Source: Pseudomonadota bacterium (GTDB taxonomy: Bacteria; Bdellovibrionota_C; UBA2361; OMII01). Taken from it: a DNA stretch of 64,000 nt. Positions 38,061 to 49,417 of the stretch are shown in pieces. The stretch's first letter is position 1, and each line of letters starts with the position of its first letter. Made by a program: the position numbers and the translations under genes. The notes beneath the pieces were generated by a model that was not told where the DNA came from, did not search any database, and saw only the letters and a program-made list of their open reading frames with translations. The stretch lies in the NCBI GenBank assembly GCA_038134595.1, contig JAYPVM010000012.1:1-64000 (forward strand), in the 5' to 3' direction.

Positions 38061-39524
38061 ATGGGTTTAGAGAACAGATTAGTGCAGAAAATGGGTCAAT
38101 CGCTTACGATTACCCCCCAACTGCAGCAAGCTATTAAGTTGCTTCAACTCGGTCGCCTCGAGTATCAAGAAGCGATCGAAAAAGAGCTCTTAGAAAACCC
38201 ATTTCTTGAAGAGGCGCAGGACGACCCGCATTCGTCCTCGACCCCAAGCTCGCCGACAGATTCCCACGAACCATCCACCATGATGTCGGGACCACTCACC
38301 CAGGAATCATCACAAGAATCGAATGCAAAAGAGCCTTCCTCAGATTGGGACGATTACGCTGACTCCTTCACTGATTATCAGGGCTCTGCATCCTTAAAAA
38401 GCCACTCGAACTTTGAAGATAGGCAAATGCCTGAGGTGGTCTCCTCCAAAACAGAGTCGCTCGAAGAACACCTCCTACAACAAATGAGACTTCGTGATTT
38501 CACAAGGGATGACCTCATCATTGCACAGCACATAACCGGAAACCTCGACCGAGACGGTCACCTAGAATGCTCATACGAAGAGATTTCAGAATCGTCTGGC
38601 TACGAAGTGCAAGACGTTGCTGAGATAGCTGACGTTCTTCGATTCCTCGATCCAGTGGGTTGTTGTACGCCGTGTCTTCAAACAAGCCTGTTAACGCAAC
38701 TAGAATCACGTGGCTTGGCAGATGGCCTGGAATCAAAGCTTATTTCTTCACATCTTGAAAGCTTAGAAAAACGCAAATACAACGCGATAGCCAAGTCTGA
38801 AAACGTTTCTTTGGAAGACATCTCCCGAGCACTCAACACCATCAAAACACTCGAGCCCCGTCCTGGGCGAGGATATTCAGACGAAACCGTCCGATATGTT
38901 GTCCCCGACGCTTATGTCATTAAGGTAGCTGGAGACTTTGTCGTCACACTTAATGAGGATGGTATTCCTAAGCTCCAAATTAGCGCCACCTATTCCAACC
39001 TGCTCGAAAGTGGTGCTGGTACTTCAAAAGAAAACAAATCGTATTTAACCGAGCGCGCTCGAGCGGCATCATGGCTTATAAAAAGCATCCAACAACGCCA
39101 ACAAACTATTTATCGGGTAACACAAAGTATCGTGAAATTTCAAAGAGCTTTCTTTGAACATGGAATTAGCCACCTTCGCCCCCTTGTTCTAAAAGATATC
39201 GCTGAAGATATCGGTATGCATGAATCCACTATTAGCAGAATAACTACCGAGAAGTACGTTCACACGCCTCAAGGGATATTTGAGCTGAAGTTTTTCTTCT
39301 CTTCTGGAGTGAAAACTGCAGGTGGCTCCGACATCTCCTCCTCATCAGTAAAAGAGCACATCAAAGATATCATTCAGGCTGAGTCCCCAAAAAATCCGAT
39401 TAGTGACCAACAGATAGTTACGATACTAAAGGCCAAAAACATTAAAATTGCGCGACGAACAGTAGCCAAATATCGAGAGACCCTCGGAATCCTTTCGTCT
39501 TCACAACGTAAACAACTCCTCTAA
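38061..39524 (+). CDS. rpoN: RNA polymerase sigma-54 factor
   Basis: 'TPQLQQAIKLLQL', 'MHESTISR', RpoN box 'ARRTVAKYRE'. Confidence 0.98.
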   Translation: MGLENRLVQKMGQSLTITPQLQQAIKLLQLGRLEYQEAIEKELLENPFLEEAQDDPHSSSTPSSPTDSHEPSTMMSGPLTQESSQESNAKEPSSDWDDYADSFTDYQGSASLKSHSNFEDRQMPEVVSSKTESLEEHLLQQMRLRDFTRDDLIIAQHITGNLDRDGHLECSYEEISESSGYEVQDVAEIADVLRFLDPVGCCTPCLQTSLLTQLESRGLADGLESKLISSHLESLEKRKYNAIAKSENVSLEDISRALNTIKTLEPRPGRGYSDETVRYVVPDAYVIKVAGDFVVTLNEDGIPKLQISATYSNLLESGAGTSKENKSYLTERARAASWLIKSIQQRQQTIYRVTQSIVKFQRAFFEHGISHLRPLVLKDIAEDIGMHESTISRITTEKYVHTPQGIFELKFFFSSGVKTAGGSDISSSSVKEHIKDIIQAESPKNPISDQQIVTILKAKNIKIARRTVAKYRETLGILSSSQRKQLL

Positions 39525-39901
39525 ATTGTAGGGGCTTGTGGTGCGAAAATCTCTTACAGTCTAAATCTTTCGCTAAAACTTCAACAACAAACTATTATGT
39601 TATCCAGTAGAACATCCGAAGAGTTTCTTAGTGATGGCACGTCGCAAGGTACTACACAGATCAACGTCTCATAAACGGCATAGAATCGGGTCGCCAATCG
39701 TTATTCCTGATCAAGCCGCGCGCCTTTCACGGAGTTGGGCGCCTAGCTTTTTTTCTTTTTTCGATGGTTTGTCTTTGCTTTTTAAAATTCAGCCCGATAA
39801 CCTCATCCTAAACCAAGCAGGTGTAGTCATCTGCTGGTCGATGTGGTGCTCTTTTTTTCACTTTGGTAAAATAGAAACACTAGACTGTTACAGGAGGAAT
39901 T

Positions 39902-40216
39902 ATGAGTGGAAATGAAAAAGCGGTACATGTAAACATCGCCTTCTTAAATATCGATGCAACCGATGCCCTCAAGCAGTATACGACCGATAAAGTCACACAT
40001 TGTGTACAAAAATTTGCCCACCAGGACACAGAAGCACACGTAGTCCTTAAGGTAGAAAAAACTCGGCAAATAGCAGAGATTTCGATGCACCTCTCGGGGC
40101 ATGATTTTGTTGTCAAAGAGGAGAGTACAGATTTGTACGCCTCAATCGATAAACTTGCCAATTCGCTGACACAACAACTTCGAAAGCATAAAGAAAAGGT
40201 TACCAGTCACCATTGA
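39902..40216 (+). CDS. hpf: Ribosome hibernation promoting factor (short HPF/RaiA)
   Basis: 'DLYASIDKL…QLRKHKEK'; follows rpoN; AGGAGG RBS. Confidence 0.9.
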   Translation: MSGNEKAVHVNIAFLNIDATDALKQYTTDKVTHCVQKFAHQDTEAHVVLKVEKTRQIAEISMHLSGHDFVVKEESTDLYASIDKLANSLTQQLRKHKEKVTSHH

Positions 40217-41139
40217 ACACCCACGGCAGCCTCTCAACGTATGATTCTTTAATTATCGTGGCCGGCCTTTCAGGGGCTGGCAAGTCTACCGCTATGCACC
40301 TACTATCAGATAGCGGTTACTATGTGGTCGATAATTTACCTGTTGCTCTGCTCGACTCTTTCCTCTCGCTTGCCGAGCAACAGGAATTGCGATTCAAAAA
40401 AACAGCGCTGCTACTTGACATCAGCTCGGAAGACGACCAGGAAAAAGTCTTGCACATGCTGGGAGTCGGTTCGCAACGCCCCTCCAATGTACAACTCGTC
40501 TTTCTTGACGCTGACACAAGATCAATAACCAAGCGATACAGCGAAACTCGCCGTCCCCACCCTAACTTTGATCCAGAAGTTGACGCATCACTAGCTGACA
40601 CCATTGAAAGAGAGCGAGTAGTACTCCAAACCGTCAAGGAGACAGCGAATCTAATCCTCGACACTTCTGCATTTACTGTTCACTCTCTAAAGAGACATCT
40701 TCGCGATTTCTTACAAACGCTTGGAACGGTATCAAAATGCACATTGCGTGTTAACTTTCTCTCTTTTGGATTTAAAAAAGGTGCCCCCATCGACTGCGAC
40801 CTCATCGCAGATGTTCGCTTTCTCAAAAACCCGTATTTCGTAGAATCACTGCGAGAGCAAACTGGCAAGGATGCTCCGGTAAGGGATTATGTATTTGCAT
40901 CATCAGATGCTTCGGCGTTTGTGGAGAAATATGCGGCACTTCTTCAGTTTCTCCTTCCGCGCTACCAGTTTGAGGGCAAAGCATACCTTAATGTGGGTAT
41001 CGGCTGTACTGGCGGACAACACCGTTCGGTTGCAATCGCTGAAGAACTCGCCAAAACCTTTGCGGGATCAGACTATCTGATAAGCATTCGCCACCGTGAT
41101 GCCGTTTTTGCCGAGCCATCCGGCCCGATAAAGCCCTAA
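40213..41139 (+). CDS. rapZ: RNase adapter RapZ/YvcJ P-loop protein
   Basis: 'GLSGAGKS', 'VDNLP', 'SFGFK', 'DVRFLKNPY', 'GCTGGQHRSV'. Confidence 0.95.
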   Translation: MNTHGSLSTYDSLIIVAGLSGAGKSTAMHLLSDSGYYVVDNLPVALLDSFLSLAEQQELRFKKTALLLDISSEDDQEKVLHMLGVGSQRPSNVQLVFLDADTRSITKRYSETRRPHPNFDPEVDASLADTIERERVVLQTVKETANLILDTSAFTVHSLKRHLRDFLQTLGTVSKCTLRVNFLSFGFKKGAPIDCDLIADVRFLKNPYFVESLREQTGKDAPVRDYVFASSDASAFVEKYAALLQFLLPRYQFEGKAYLNVGIGCTGGQHRSVAIAEELAKTFAGSDYLISIRHRDAVFAEPSGPIKP

Positions 41140-41208
41140 TTATACTTGTCAATGCTCTCTCGGTCGGAATATGCTGTAGCAGAATTATCAGCTACGGTGG
41201 AGGAGTAT

Positions 41209-42384
41209 ATGACCCTACAAGACTTTCTTTTCACTTCAGAATCGGTTGGTGAAGGACATCCAGACAAAATCGCCGACCAGATTAGTGACGCAATTCTCGA
41301 TGAATTCATCGGAAACGATCGCTCCTCTCGTGTGGCGTGCGAAACGCTTGTCAAAAACGATGTCGTAATTCTCGCAGGTGAGGTCACATCAGCACACACT
41401 CCAAACTATGATCAGCTTGTTCGATCAGTTATTCGAGACATCGGGTACAACGACCCTGCGATAGGATTTGATGCTCAGTCTTGCTCTGTGATGACTTTCA
41501 TGAGTCAGCAATCTCATGACATCAGCATTGGAGTTACTGAAAACGAAGGACTACACAAGGAACAGGGTGCCGGAGACCAGGGACTTATGTTCGGTTTTGC
41601 GTGCGATGAAACGCCTGAGCTCATGCCGTTGCCGATATCTCTCTCCCACCACCTGATGCGCGCGCTATCGAAGGTTCGTCGTAGTGAACGTGGGACTTTT
41701 CTTCGACCAGATGCCAAAAGCCAAGTTTCCGTTTCATACAAAGATGGAAAACCATCTGCAGTCAAAACCGTTGTAATTTCAACCCAACACACCGACGATG
41801 TATCGTTAAATCAGCTTGAAGAATTTGTAGTAGAAGAGGTCATCAAGCGAGTTATTCCACAAGAGTATCTACTAGACTCTCCTCAATTCCTCATTAATCC
41901 AACGGGACGGTTTGTAGTAGGGGGCCCCGTGGGAGATTGTGGACTTACGGGCCGAAAGATAATCGTGGATACCTATGGAGGATACAGCCGTCACGGAGGA
42001 GGTGCATTCTCAGGAAAAGATCCGTCGAAAGTAGATCGCTCCGCCGCGTATGCCGCGCGGTATATCGCCAAGAACATCGTAGCAGCCGGACTAGCTTCAG
42101 CCTGCGAGGTGCAGTTGGCATACGCTATTGGAGTAGCCAAACCAGTATCTGTGTACATAAATACATTCGGCACCGGTAAGGTTTCCGAAGATACCATCTC
42201 GCGCGGTGTGCAAGAGGTATTTGAACTAACTCCGCGGGGCATCATCGATTCTCTAAATCTGTTAAAACCTCATTACCGACCAACGGCCGCTTACGGCCAC
42301 TTCGGTAGAGAGCCAGGAAGCGATGGAAGCTTCTCGTGGGAACGAACAGACAAAATCGAAGCTCTTCAGCAGGCATGCGCATAG
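41209..42384 (+). CDS. metK: S-adenosylmethionine synthetase
   Basis: '[13 protein letters not shown]', 'GAGDQG', '[16 protein letters not shown]'. Confidence 0.98.
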   Translation: MTLQDFLFTSESVGEGHPDKIADQISDAILDEFIGNDRSSRVACETLVKNDVVILAGEVTSAHTPNYDQLVRSVIRDIGYNDPAIGFDAQSCSVMTFMSQQSHDISIGVTENEGLHKEQGAGDQGLMFGFACDETPELMPLPISLSHHLMRALSKVRRSERGTFLRPDAKSQVSVSYKDGKPSAVKTVVISTQHTDDVSLNQLEEFVVEEVIKRVIPQEYLLDSPQFLINPTGRFVVGGPVGDCGLTGRKIIVDTYGGYSRHGGGAFSGKDPSKVDRSAAYAARYIAKNIVAAGLASACEVQLAYAIGVAKPVSVYINTFGTGKVSEDTISRGVQEVFELTPRGIIDSLNLLKPHYRPTAAYGHFGREPGSDGSFSWERTDKIEALQQACA

Positions 42385-42602
42385 TTTACGCCGCACACCT
42401 AGCGAAGTTCAGAAAGACTTTTTCTCATAGTCAGAATTCGTAAATAGCGTTAGCTATTAGCGCGATATTTGGAGACAGGCGTGTATCTTGTAGGATATAT
42501 CCGACTTTTTTGGGCTTATATAAGTGGTAAGGCAAATTAATCCTTCTGCTCGTTTGCGAATTGCCGTACCCTCTATTAAATAAAATATTAGGCACTTAAC
42601 TC

Positions 42603-44210
42603 ATGCAGCTTCTCCCTCATTTTCAGAAAAATTCACTCCGATACGATCTCTCATCGGGCTTTGTTGTATTTCTGGTGGCTTTGCCACTCTGTCTTGGCAT
42701 AGCTGTCGCCTCAGATGCCCCTCCCCTCTCGGGTCTTATCACTGGCATCTTGGGGGGAATCATAGTTTCGTGCCTCTCTGGTAGTGAGCTGGGGGTCAGT
42801 GGTCCGGCAGCGGGGCTTGTGGTAACCGTAATTGCGGTTCAGGAAAAGCTTGGTGGCCTCGAAGGGCTTTTTGTCGCAGTAGCGCTATCGGGAATCCTCC
42901 AAATGGCTCTTGGTACAATTCGAGCGGGGCTTCTTGCAACGTTTTTTCCTTCAAGCGTCATTAAGGGCATGTTGGCTGGAATAGGAATCATAATTGCCTT
43001 CAAGCAATTTCCACACGCTATAGGATGGCGTGGAGAATTTAATCCAGAGGATGGCTTATTTTGTTTCCTTTCGTATTTTTGTTTGCATGGTCTGTACTCA
43101 TCACTATGGGAACCGCACGCCAGTGTCAGTATCACCGCAATTATCATCTCCACTGTCTCGGTGGCTCTTTTAATCGCGTGGGATCGCTTAAAGCAGGCAA
43201 ACCAATCAAAATGGCTTGGTGTCATCCCAGGACCCCTTGTTGTGGTGGCGTTTGGAATTGGCTTTAATTTTTTGATCTCAGTTGTTGTCCCCTCCATGGC
43301 TCTTACGGGAGCAAAGGGACAATTGGTTCAAATCCCGGCTTTAAGCGGCCTCTCGGAGCTTCTATCCCAGGGTCCCCAGAACATACTCTCATGGCTTGGC
43401 AAACCTGCTGTTTGGCTTGCCGCCGCCACTATCGCACTCATCGGTAGCGTTGAAACACTCTTGTGCCTTGAGGCAACTGACAAACTTGATCCGCTCAAGA
43501 GAATCTCCCGTCCTAACCGAGAACTTGTAGCGCAAGGGATCGGTAATATAACCGCCGGGCTCCTTGGCGGACTTCCTATGACATCGGTAATCGTGCGAAG
43601 TAGTGCCAACGTATACGCAGGTGCAAAATCGAGACTCTCGGGTGTTTTGCACGGTGTTTTTCTACTCTCAAGTCTTTTACTCATTCCGTCTTTATTAAAT
43701 CTCATACCACTCGCATCGCTTGCGGCTATACTTATTTTAATCGGATACAAATTAGCAGCTGCGAAGGTGATAAAAAGGGTCTGGCGCGATGGATACGATC
43801 AGTTTCTTCCCTTTATCGTCACAATAGCGGGGGTTGTTTTACTCGACTTGCTTTCAGGCGTTTTAATCGGAACGTGCTTTGGCTTGTGTGTAGTACTGGT
43901 GATGAACCACCACTCTGCTTTTAATGCGGTTCGAGATGACAACTACTTCTTCATCCGCTTTGCAAAGGATGTGACCTTTTTGCAGAAGATCGCCTTAAAG
44001 AGAACCCTTGCTCAATTGCCCAATGATGCGCAGGTAGTTATCGATGGAGGTGGTGCCATGTTTATTGACCACGATATTTTAGAGCTCATAGAAGACTTCA
44101 AAAAATCGGCTGTCACAAGGGGAATTAAGGTCGAACTGAGAAGTTTTCCTTCTGTGCGTTTTGATATTATGTCGGCCTTTTCATCAAGGAGAAAGCATGG
44201 ACTCATATAA
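42603..44210 (+). CDS. SulP/SLC26 anion (likely bicarbonate) transporter
   Basis: 'VVFLVALPLCLGIA', 'VSGPAAGL', 'NRELVAQGIGN', 'TSVIVRSS'; overlaps the carbonic anhydrase gene. Confidence 0.93.
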   Translation: MQLLPHFQKNSLRYDLSSGFVVFLVALPLCLGIAVASDAPPLSGLITGILGGIIVSCLSGSELGVSGPAAGLVVTVIAVQEKLGGLEGLFVAVALSGILQMALGTIRAGLLATFFPSSVIKGMLAGIGIIIAFKQFPHAIGWRGEFNPEDGLFCFLSYFCLHGLYSSLWEPHASVSITAIIISTVSVALLIAWDRLKQANQSKWLGVIPGPLVVVAFGIGFNFLISVVVPSMALTGAKGQLVQIPALSGLSELLSQGPQNILSWLGKPAVWLAAATIALIGSVETLLCLEATDKLDPLKRISRPNRELVAQGIGNITAGLLGGLPMTSVIVRSSANVYAGAKSRLSGVLHGVFLLSSLLLIPSLLNLIPLASLAAILILIGYKLAAAKVIKRVWRDGYDQFLPFIVTIAGVVLLDLLSGVLIGTCFGLCVVLVMNHHSAFNAVRDDNYFFIRFAKDVTFLQKIALKRTLAQLPNDAQVVIDGGGAMFIDHDILELIEDFKKSAVTRGIKVELRSFPSVRFDIMSAFSSRRKHGLI

Positions 44211-44826
44211 GCGACTATTAATGGCAAACAAGGCCTGGGTACAAGAGAAGCTCAACCTTTCGCCGTCATTTTTTCAAGATACTGCGGACGAACAAAAGCC
44301 AGACTTTCTCTGGATTGGATGTTCCGATAGCCGTGTTCCCGCCGAGGAGATTACAGGCACGCAGCCGGGAGATATTTTTTCTCACCGTAATATCGCCAAT
44401 CTCGTCAATCACACTGATTTTAATCTTCTAAGCGTTCTATCGTTTGCCGTCGAGTACCTGAAGGTCAAGCACGTTATCGTATGCGGTCATTATGGCTGCG
44501 GTGGCGTGAAAGCAGCTCTCTCAAAACATCGCTACGGAGTACTCGATGAATGGCTTCGACAGATTAAGGACGTGTACCACGACAATCGTGAGATTATTAC
44601 CGCATGCGGCTCATTAGATGCTCAAACAGATAAGCTTGTAGAGCTAAATATATACGAGCAAATAAAGAATCTCATGAAGACCAACATTATTCAAAAAGCA
44701 TGGCACGAAGATAGGCGCCCTACTCTACACGGCTGGGTATATGGATTAAGTGATGGGTTGCTAAAAAGCCTGTACAAGGTAGACCCTGGCAGCCCGATTG
44801 AAGACATTTATCAGTTTCAGTTCTAG
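44197..44826 (+). CDS. can: Beta-class carbonic anhydrase
   Basis: 'WIGCSDSRVP', 'HRNIAN', 'CGHYGCGG'. Confidence 0.95.
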   Translation: MDSYKRLLMANKAWVQEKLNLSPSFFQDTADEQKPDFLWIGCSDSRVPAEEITGTQPGDIFSHRNIANLVNHTDFNLLSVLSFAVEYLKVKHVIVCGHYGCGGVKAALSKHRYGVLDEWLRQIKDVYHDNREIITACGSLDAQTDKLVELNIYEQIKNLMKTNIIQKAWHEDRRPTLHGWVYGLSDGLLKSLYKVDPGSPIEDIYQFQF

Positions 44827-44846
44827 TAAAAGGCTGTCTGTTAGTT

Positions 44847-45284
44847 TTATCGGTAGTAGTTTCCAAGTGTGTGGCCGTTGTAATGATACTCAGTGTTGTA
44901 ATGCCACTGGTCACTCTCCATGGATTCATTCGTAATTTGGTCGCGAAGCCTCATAATCTCTTTTTGGCGCTCGTATAACTCTCGTTGATTCTCTTCAATA
45001 GTCGCCGCATTACGCTCCTGAACGCTCGGCTCGCTGTTGTAATCATATGCCGCCGCAATCGCTAGACCAACCGGAATCCCCACAGCCCCACCTAACAGAG
45101 CGCTTGCCGCTACATCTCCATTTGCGATAAGCGAACCAACGAGAGCTCCTGTTCCGGCCCCTGCGGCAACTCCTCCCGCTGCTCCGGTCGCCAAGGTGTC
45201 TGTATGAAAAGTGCTGCATCCTGTCGTGGTCGCTGCGATACTAAGTGAAATCAATCCGGCTAGAAGTGTTCGAGATATTGTCAT
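44847..45284 (-). CDS. Glycine-zipper lipoprotein
   Basis: Lipobox 'TTGC'; GxxxG-rich helices. Confidence 0.7.
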   Translation of the reverse strand: MTISRTLLAGLISLSIAATTTGCSTFHTDTLATGAAGGVAAGAGTGALVGSLIANGDVAASALLGGAVGIPVGLAIAAAYDYNSEPSVQERNAATIEENQRELYERQKEIMRLRDQITNESMESDQWHYNTEYHYNGHTLGNYYR

Positions 45285-45539
45285 AGTACTAGCTCATCGT
45301 TACGCATAAACTTTCTTAAGAATTCTTGACTTCAATCACTGTCTCCTTGCTTTCAAGGCAGGGATATGGACTAAAGCTACTCCTTCATATCGTTGTTTTA
45401 ATCAAAACTGCTTCAGCCTATATTAAAATATAGTGTTTTCAGCCGGTTAGGCGGCATGTTCTACCCAACCTGTCGAGCATCCCACGCTTTTGCAATCGAG
45501 GGCATTCTCAAAGCGAGGAAACGCATCTAACCTAGTGTT

Positions 45540-48233
45540 ATGAATAAGACTATTCCCGACGCTGAAGCACTTCGCCTAGAGCAAGATTCAGCACGAATTG
45601 AAAACTGGAAACGTTGGGGACCCTACCTCTCTGAACGACAGTGGGGCACGGTACGAGAAGACTACTCTGCAGATGGTTCTGTATGGTCTTATTTTAGTCA
45701 CGACCAAGCTCGTAGTAGAACCTATCGCTGGGGAGAGGACGGCATTCTTGGACTCACTGATCGTCAGTGTAGGATTTGCTTTGCGCCGACATTCTGGAAC
45801 GGTAACGACTCTATCCTCAAAGAGCGCCTTTTTGGACTTACCGGAGCGGAGGGAAATCACGGTGAAGATGTTAAGGAGTGTTACTACTATCTTGATTCTA
45901 CGCCAACTCATTCATACATGAGAGGTCTGTACAAGTATCCTCACGCCGCATTTCCCTACGATAGGCTCGTTGAAGAAAATCGCAATCGCTCTCGTAATGA
46001 GCCAGAATTTGAGTTAAGTGATACAGGAATCTTTGATGACAACCGCTACTTTGATGTGTATGTCGAATATGCCAAGGCGGGCCCAAATGATATCCTGATT
46101 AGAGTGACCGCGTATAACCGTGGAGCAGAGCCTGCGCCACTTCATATTATTCCCACCGTGTGGTTTAGAAACACGTGGAGCTGGGGGAGATCTGGCGAAG
46201 GATACACGACAAAACCACAACTATCAAAAATTGATGAGAGTCGATTTTTACTGAAACATCCACACCTAGACTCATTTGTCTTCTTAGCTGATCCGCGTAA
46301 CACCCCCGCGGCAAAAAAACTATTATTTACCGAGAACGAGTCCAACAAGATGAGGCTGTATGGAGGAGAGAATAAATCCCCCTATGTCAAAGACGGCTTC
46401 CATGAGTATGTAATTCACGGGCGACACGCCGCCATCAATCCAGCGCACACCGGAACTAAAGCTGGCTTACTCTATGTCGCAACGATTGCTTCACAAGATC
46501 ATGTACAATTAAGCTTTCGGCTTAAAAGCTCTAAAGAGCCTGCCAAAGAGTATTTCACCGACGACTTTGATGAAATCTTCGATACCCGACAAGATGAGTA
46601 TCGCTCATTTTATCAGAACATTTTTCCGGCCACTATATCTACAGAGGAGCAAAATATTCTTCTGCAAAGCTATGCGGGATTATTGTGGACCAAGCAGTTT
46701 TACTACTACGCCGTAAAAGAGTGGCTTGATGGAGACCCAACGCAACCAACTCCTGACATCTCTCGGCGCCAACAGAAAAATACAAACTGGAAGCACCTTT
46801 ACAATCGAGATATCATCTCAGTTCCCGATAAATGGGAGTACCCGTGGTATGCCGCCTGGGACCTCGCATTTCACATGATTCCTTTCTGTCGTATCGACCC
46901 CACGTTTGCAAAGGACCAGCTTCTCTTACTTCTTCGAGAGTGGTACATGCATCCCAACGGACAAATCCCGGCATATGAGTTTGAATTTTCAAATGTGAAC
47001 CCTCCTGTACACGCATGGGCGTGTTGGAGAGTTTATAAGCTCACCGCAAACAATGGGGGGCCTGATAGAGAATTTCTAAAGCGCGCATTTACAAAACTTT
47101 TGCTCAATTTCACCTGGTGGGTGAATCGAACAGATACCCACGGCCGCAATTTATTCTCGGGTGGCTTCCTTGGACTCGATAACATTGGGGTATTTGACAG
47201 AAGCGCACCTCTTCCTGAAGGAAGCTCTCTGCAACAAGCCGATGCAACCGCTTGGATGGCATTTTACTGCGGAACCATGCTTTCAATCGCTTTAGAGCTC
47301 GCGATGGAAGATGAAGAGTATGAAGACCTCGCCTCAAAATTCTTCGAGCACTTCATAGCTATCTCCACCGCGATGAATAACTTTGGCGGCACGGGGCTTT
47401 GGGATCAACTAGATGGATTCTATTACGATCAACTCGAACTGAAACAAACTACCATCCCATTACGGGTTCGATCGCTTGTTGGAATTATCCCCTTAATGGC
47501 GGTTGAGGTGTTACATGAACATCAACTCAAAAAACTTCCGGGCTTTAAAAAACGTCTCGATTGGTTTATCGCAAATCGACCGGAGCTAGCGGCACAATTA
47601 TATGCGTCTGAGCAGATTCAACACGAGAGCAATCACAACACAAAGCTTCTCTCTATCCCCTCCCCTGAGCGGCTCATTCGTATGATCCGCTACATTTTAG
47701 ATGAACAAGAGTTTCTCTCTCCATACGGCATTCGCTCTCTCTCAAAAGTCCATGAGGATTATCCTTATAAACTCACACTAGATGGACAGGACTACAGCAT
47801 CGACTATTGTCCTGGAGACTCAAACACTGACTTTTTCGGCGGTAATTCAAACTGGAGAGGGCCTGTCTGGTTTCCGGTAAATGCATTAATCATCGAGGCA
47901 CTCGATAAATATCACGAGTTTTATGGAGACTCTTTTACCATCGAATATCCAACAGGCTCGGGTAACCGTCTTACTCTACAGGCTATCGCAGATGCCCTAT
48001 GTGACAGACTTGCATCCCTCTTTGTGCCCGATGAAAATGGTCAGCGGCCCTGTCACGGTGAGGACTCTAAGTATGCATCCGATCCTGCATGGAAGAACCT
48101 TGTGCTTTTCTACGAGCATTTCCACGGGGATAATGGTAAAGGAATCGGTGCGAGTCATCAAACCGGCTGGACCTCGCTGGTGTCCTACTGTATTGAGCGG
48201 CTCCATCGCTCAACTGACAAGTCGTCTTTATGA
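45540..48233 (+). CDS. GH63-like (MGH1-like) glucosidase
   Basis: 'WGPYLSERQWGTVREDYS', 'PDKWEYPWYAAWD', 'NSNWRGPVW', 'GASHQTGWT'. Confidence 0.92.
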   Translation: MNKTIPDAEALRLEQDSARIENWKRWGPYLSERQWGTVREDYSADGSVWSYFSHDQARSRTYRWGEDGILGLTDRQCRICFAPTFWNGNDSILKERLFGLTGAEGNHGEDVKECYYYLDSTPTHSYMRGLYKYPHAAFPYDRLVEENRNRSRNEPEFELSDTGIFDDNRYFDVYVEYAKAGPNDILIRVTAYNRGAEPAPLHIIPTVWFRNTWSWGRSGEGYTTKPQLSKIDESRFLLKHPHLDSFVFLADPRNTPAAKKLLFTENESNKMRLYGGENKSPYVKDGFHEYVIHGRHAAINPAHTGTKAGLLYVATIASQDHVQLSFRLKSSKEPAKEYFTDDFDEIFDTRQDEYRSFYQNIFPATISTEEQNILLQSYAGLLWTKQFYYYAVKEWLDGDPTQPTPDISRRQQKNTNWKHLYNRDIISVPDKWEYPWYAAWDLAFHMIPFCRIDPTFAKDQLLLLLREWYMHPNGQIPAYEFEFSNVNPPVHAWACWRVYKLTANNGGPDREFLKRAFTKLLLNFTWWVNRTDTHGRNLFSGGFLGLDNIGVFDRSAPLPEGSSLQQADATAWMAFYCGTMLSIALELAMEDEEYEDLASKFFEHFIAISTAMNNFGGTGLWDQLDGFYYDQLELKQTTIPLRVRSLVGIIPLMAVEVLHEHQLKKLPGFKKRLDWFIANRPELAAQLYASEQIQHESNHNTKLLSIPSPERLIRMIRYILDEQEFLSPYGIRSLSKVHEDYPYKLTLDGQDYSIDYCPGDSNTDFFGGNSNWRGPVWFPVNALIIEALDKYHEFYGDSFTIEYPTGSGNRLTLQAIADALCDRLASLFVPDENGQRPCHGEDSKYASDPAWKNLVLFYEHFHGDNGKGIGASHQTGWTSLVSYCIERLHRSTDKSSL

Positions 48234-49409
48234 CGCTCGCTTAGTCGGTTCATCCTTGACTAACCCCCCGCCTCGAAAGCTATTCATAAAGGATATGAAA
48301 GCGTCATACGGGCTCTCGAAGGGGCTAAAATAACGGTGGACGTCTCCATCCGGCCCCTGCTTAGTACTCATATAGTAGAGGTGATCCGAGGTCTGAAGCC
48401 GTCGCCACGATTCTTCATCAACAACTTGTTGAATTGTTCCATCATACATCGCCTCAAAAGCCCGTCGTTGCATCGTATTCCCTAGCCACGTAGAGATATC
48501 CTTAGACTGATCTGCCCACGACGTTGCTTCACAACATGAATATTCGCCATCACTCAACTTATCAATAAGGACGCCACTTGGAGTTGCAAATCGCCACGCT
48601 TTGTTTGAAAGAAGACTCTGTGGAAGGTCTCGGAGAAACTCGAGTATACCAGTCGAATTTCCTATATGCTCGCCAAACGTCTCGAAATCGACGCCTATTG
48701 TGATTGCGTTCTCTGGATGCTCAACCCACCGAGAGAGAGTATCACGATATGAATCCGGCGTTAGTGGCAAGGAACTCTTTGAATCGGCAAAACGAAACGC
48801 AATATCATCTGACAACGGATAATTTCTCGGAATTACTGTAAGGCTACTCCCCGCCGCCTGATACATACCGGTACGTGATGGAATAAAGCTTAGCTGTGGA
48901 GTTCCCTCAGCAATAATACCGGCAAAACCCATCATAGCGACTCGACGAGCGATTGCATCACTGTAGATGAGCTCGGTATTCCGAAAGACCTGCGGCTTAA
49001 TACCGAAGATAGTCTGCATAGCATCTTGATGCATTGCAACTTGTATTTCAAATTCGTTCGACTGCTCATCTAACGACGAGAGTGAATGATAGTACGTCTC
49101 CCCTAGCAGTTCTACTACACCGATATCAACTAACCGGGCAATTCTATCCAAGACGATAGGAGCATACCGCTTCATTTGCTCAAGTGCCGTGCCGGTGATA
49201 GACATGGCACATGAAAAATCCTTTCCATATCGCTTGGCCATTTCAAGCAGTAGAGCAGTAGTAGGAAGATAACACCGAGTGGCTACTCGTTTCATAATCT
49301 CTTCATTAAGAGCGTTGTCAAACCGAGGGCCGTTATTTTTGTCTAGAGATGTGCCGGAGGCAAGTCTGTATGGTTGATGAATTTGGAGGTAGAGACACAA
49401 AGATGGCAC
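48228..49409 (-). CDS. GH57 family alpha-amylase/glycoside hydrolase
   Basis: 'HQPYRL', 'ETYYHSL', 'FRNTEL', 'DFETFGEH', 'LQTSDHLYYMSTK'. Confidence 0.92.
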   Translation of the reverse strand: MPSLCLYLQIHQPYRLASGTSLDKNNGPRFDNALNEEIMKRVATRCYLPTTALLLEMAKRYGKDFSCAMSITGTALEQMKRYAPIVLDRIARLVDIGVVELLGETYYHSLSSLDEQSNEFEIQVAMHQDAMQTIFGIKPQVFRNTELIYSDAIARRVAMMGFAGIIAEGTPQLSFIPSRTGMYQAAGSSLTVIPRNYPLSDDIAFRFADSKSSLPLTPDSYRDTLSRWVEHPENAITIGVDFETFGEHIGNSTGILEFLRDLPQSLLSNKAWRFATPSGVLIDKLSDGEYSCCEATSWADQSKDISTWLGNTMQRRAFEAMYDGTIQQVVDEESWRRLQTSDHLYYMSTKQGPDGDVHRYFSPFESPYDAFISFMNSFRGGGLVKDEPTKRAS

Positions 49410-49417
49410 GGCTTCTC

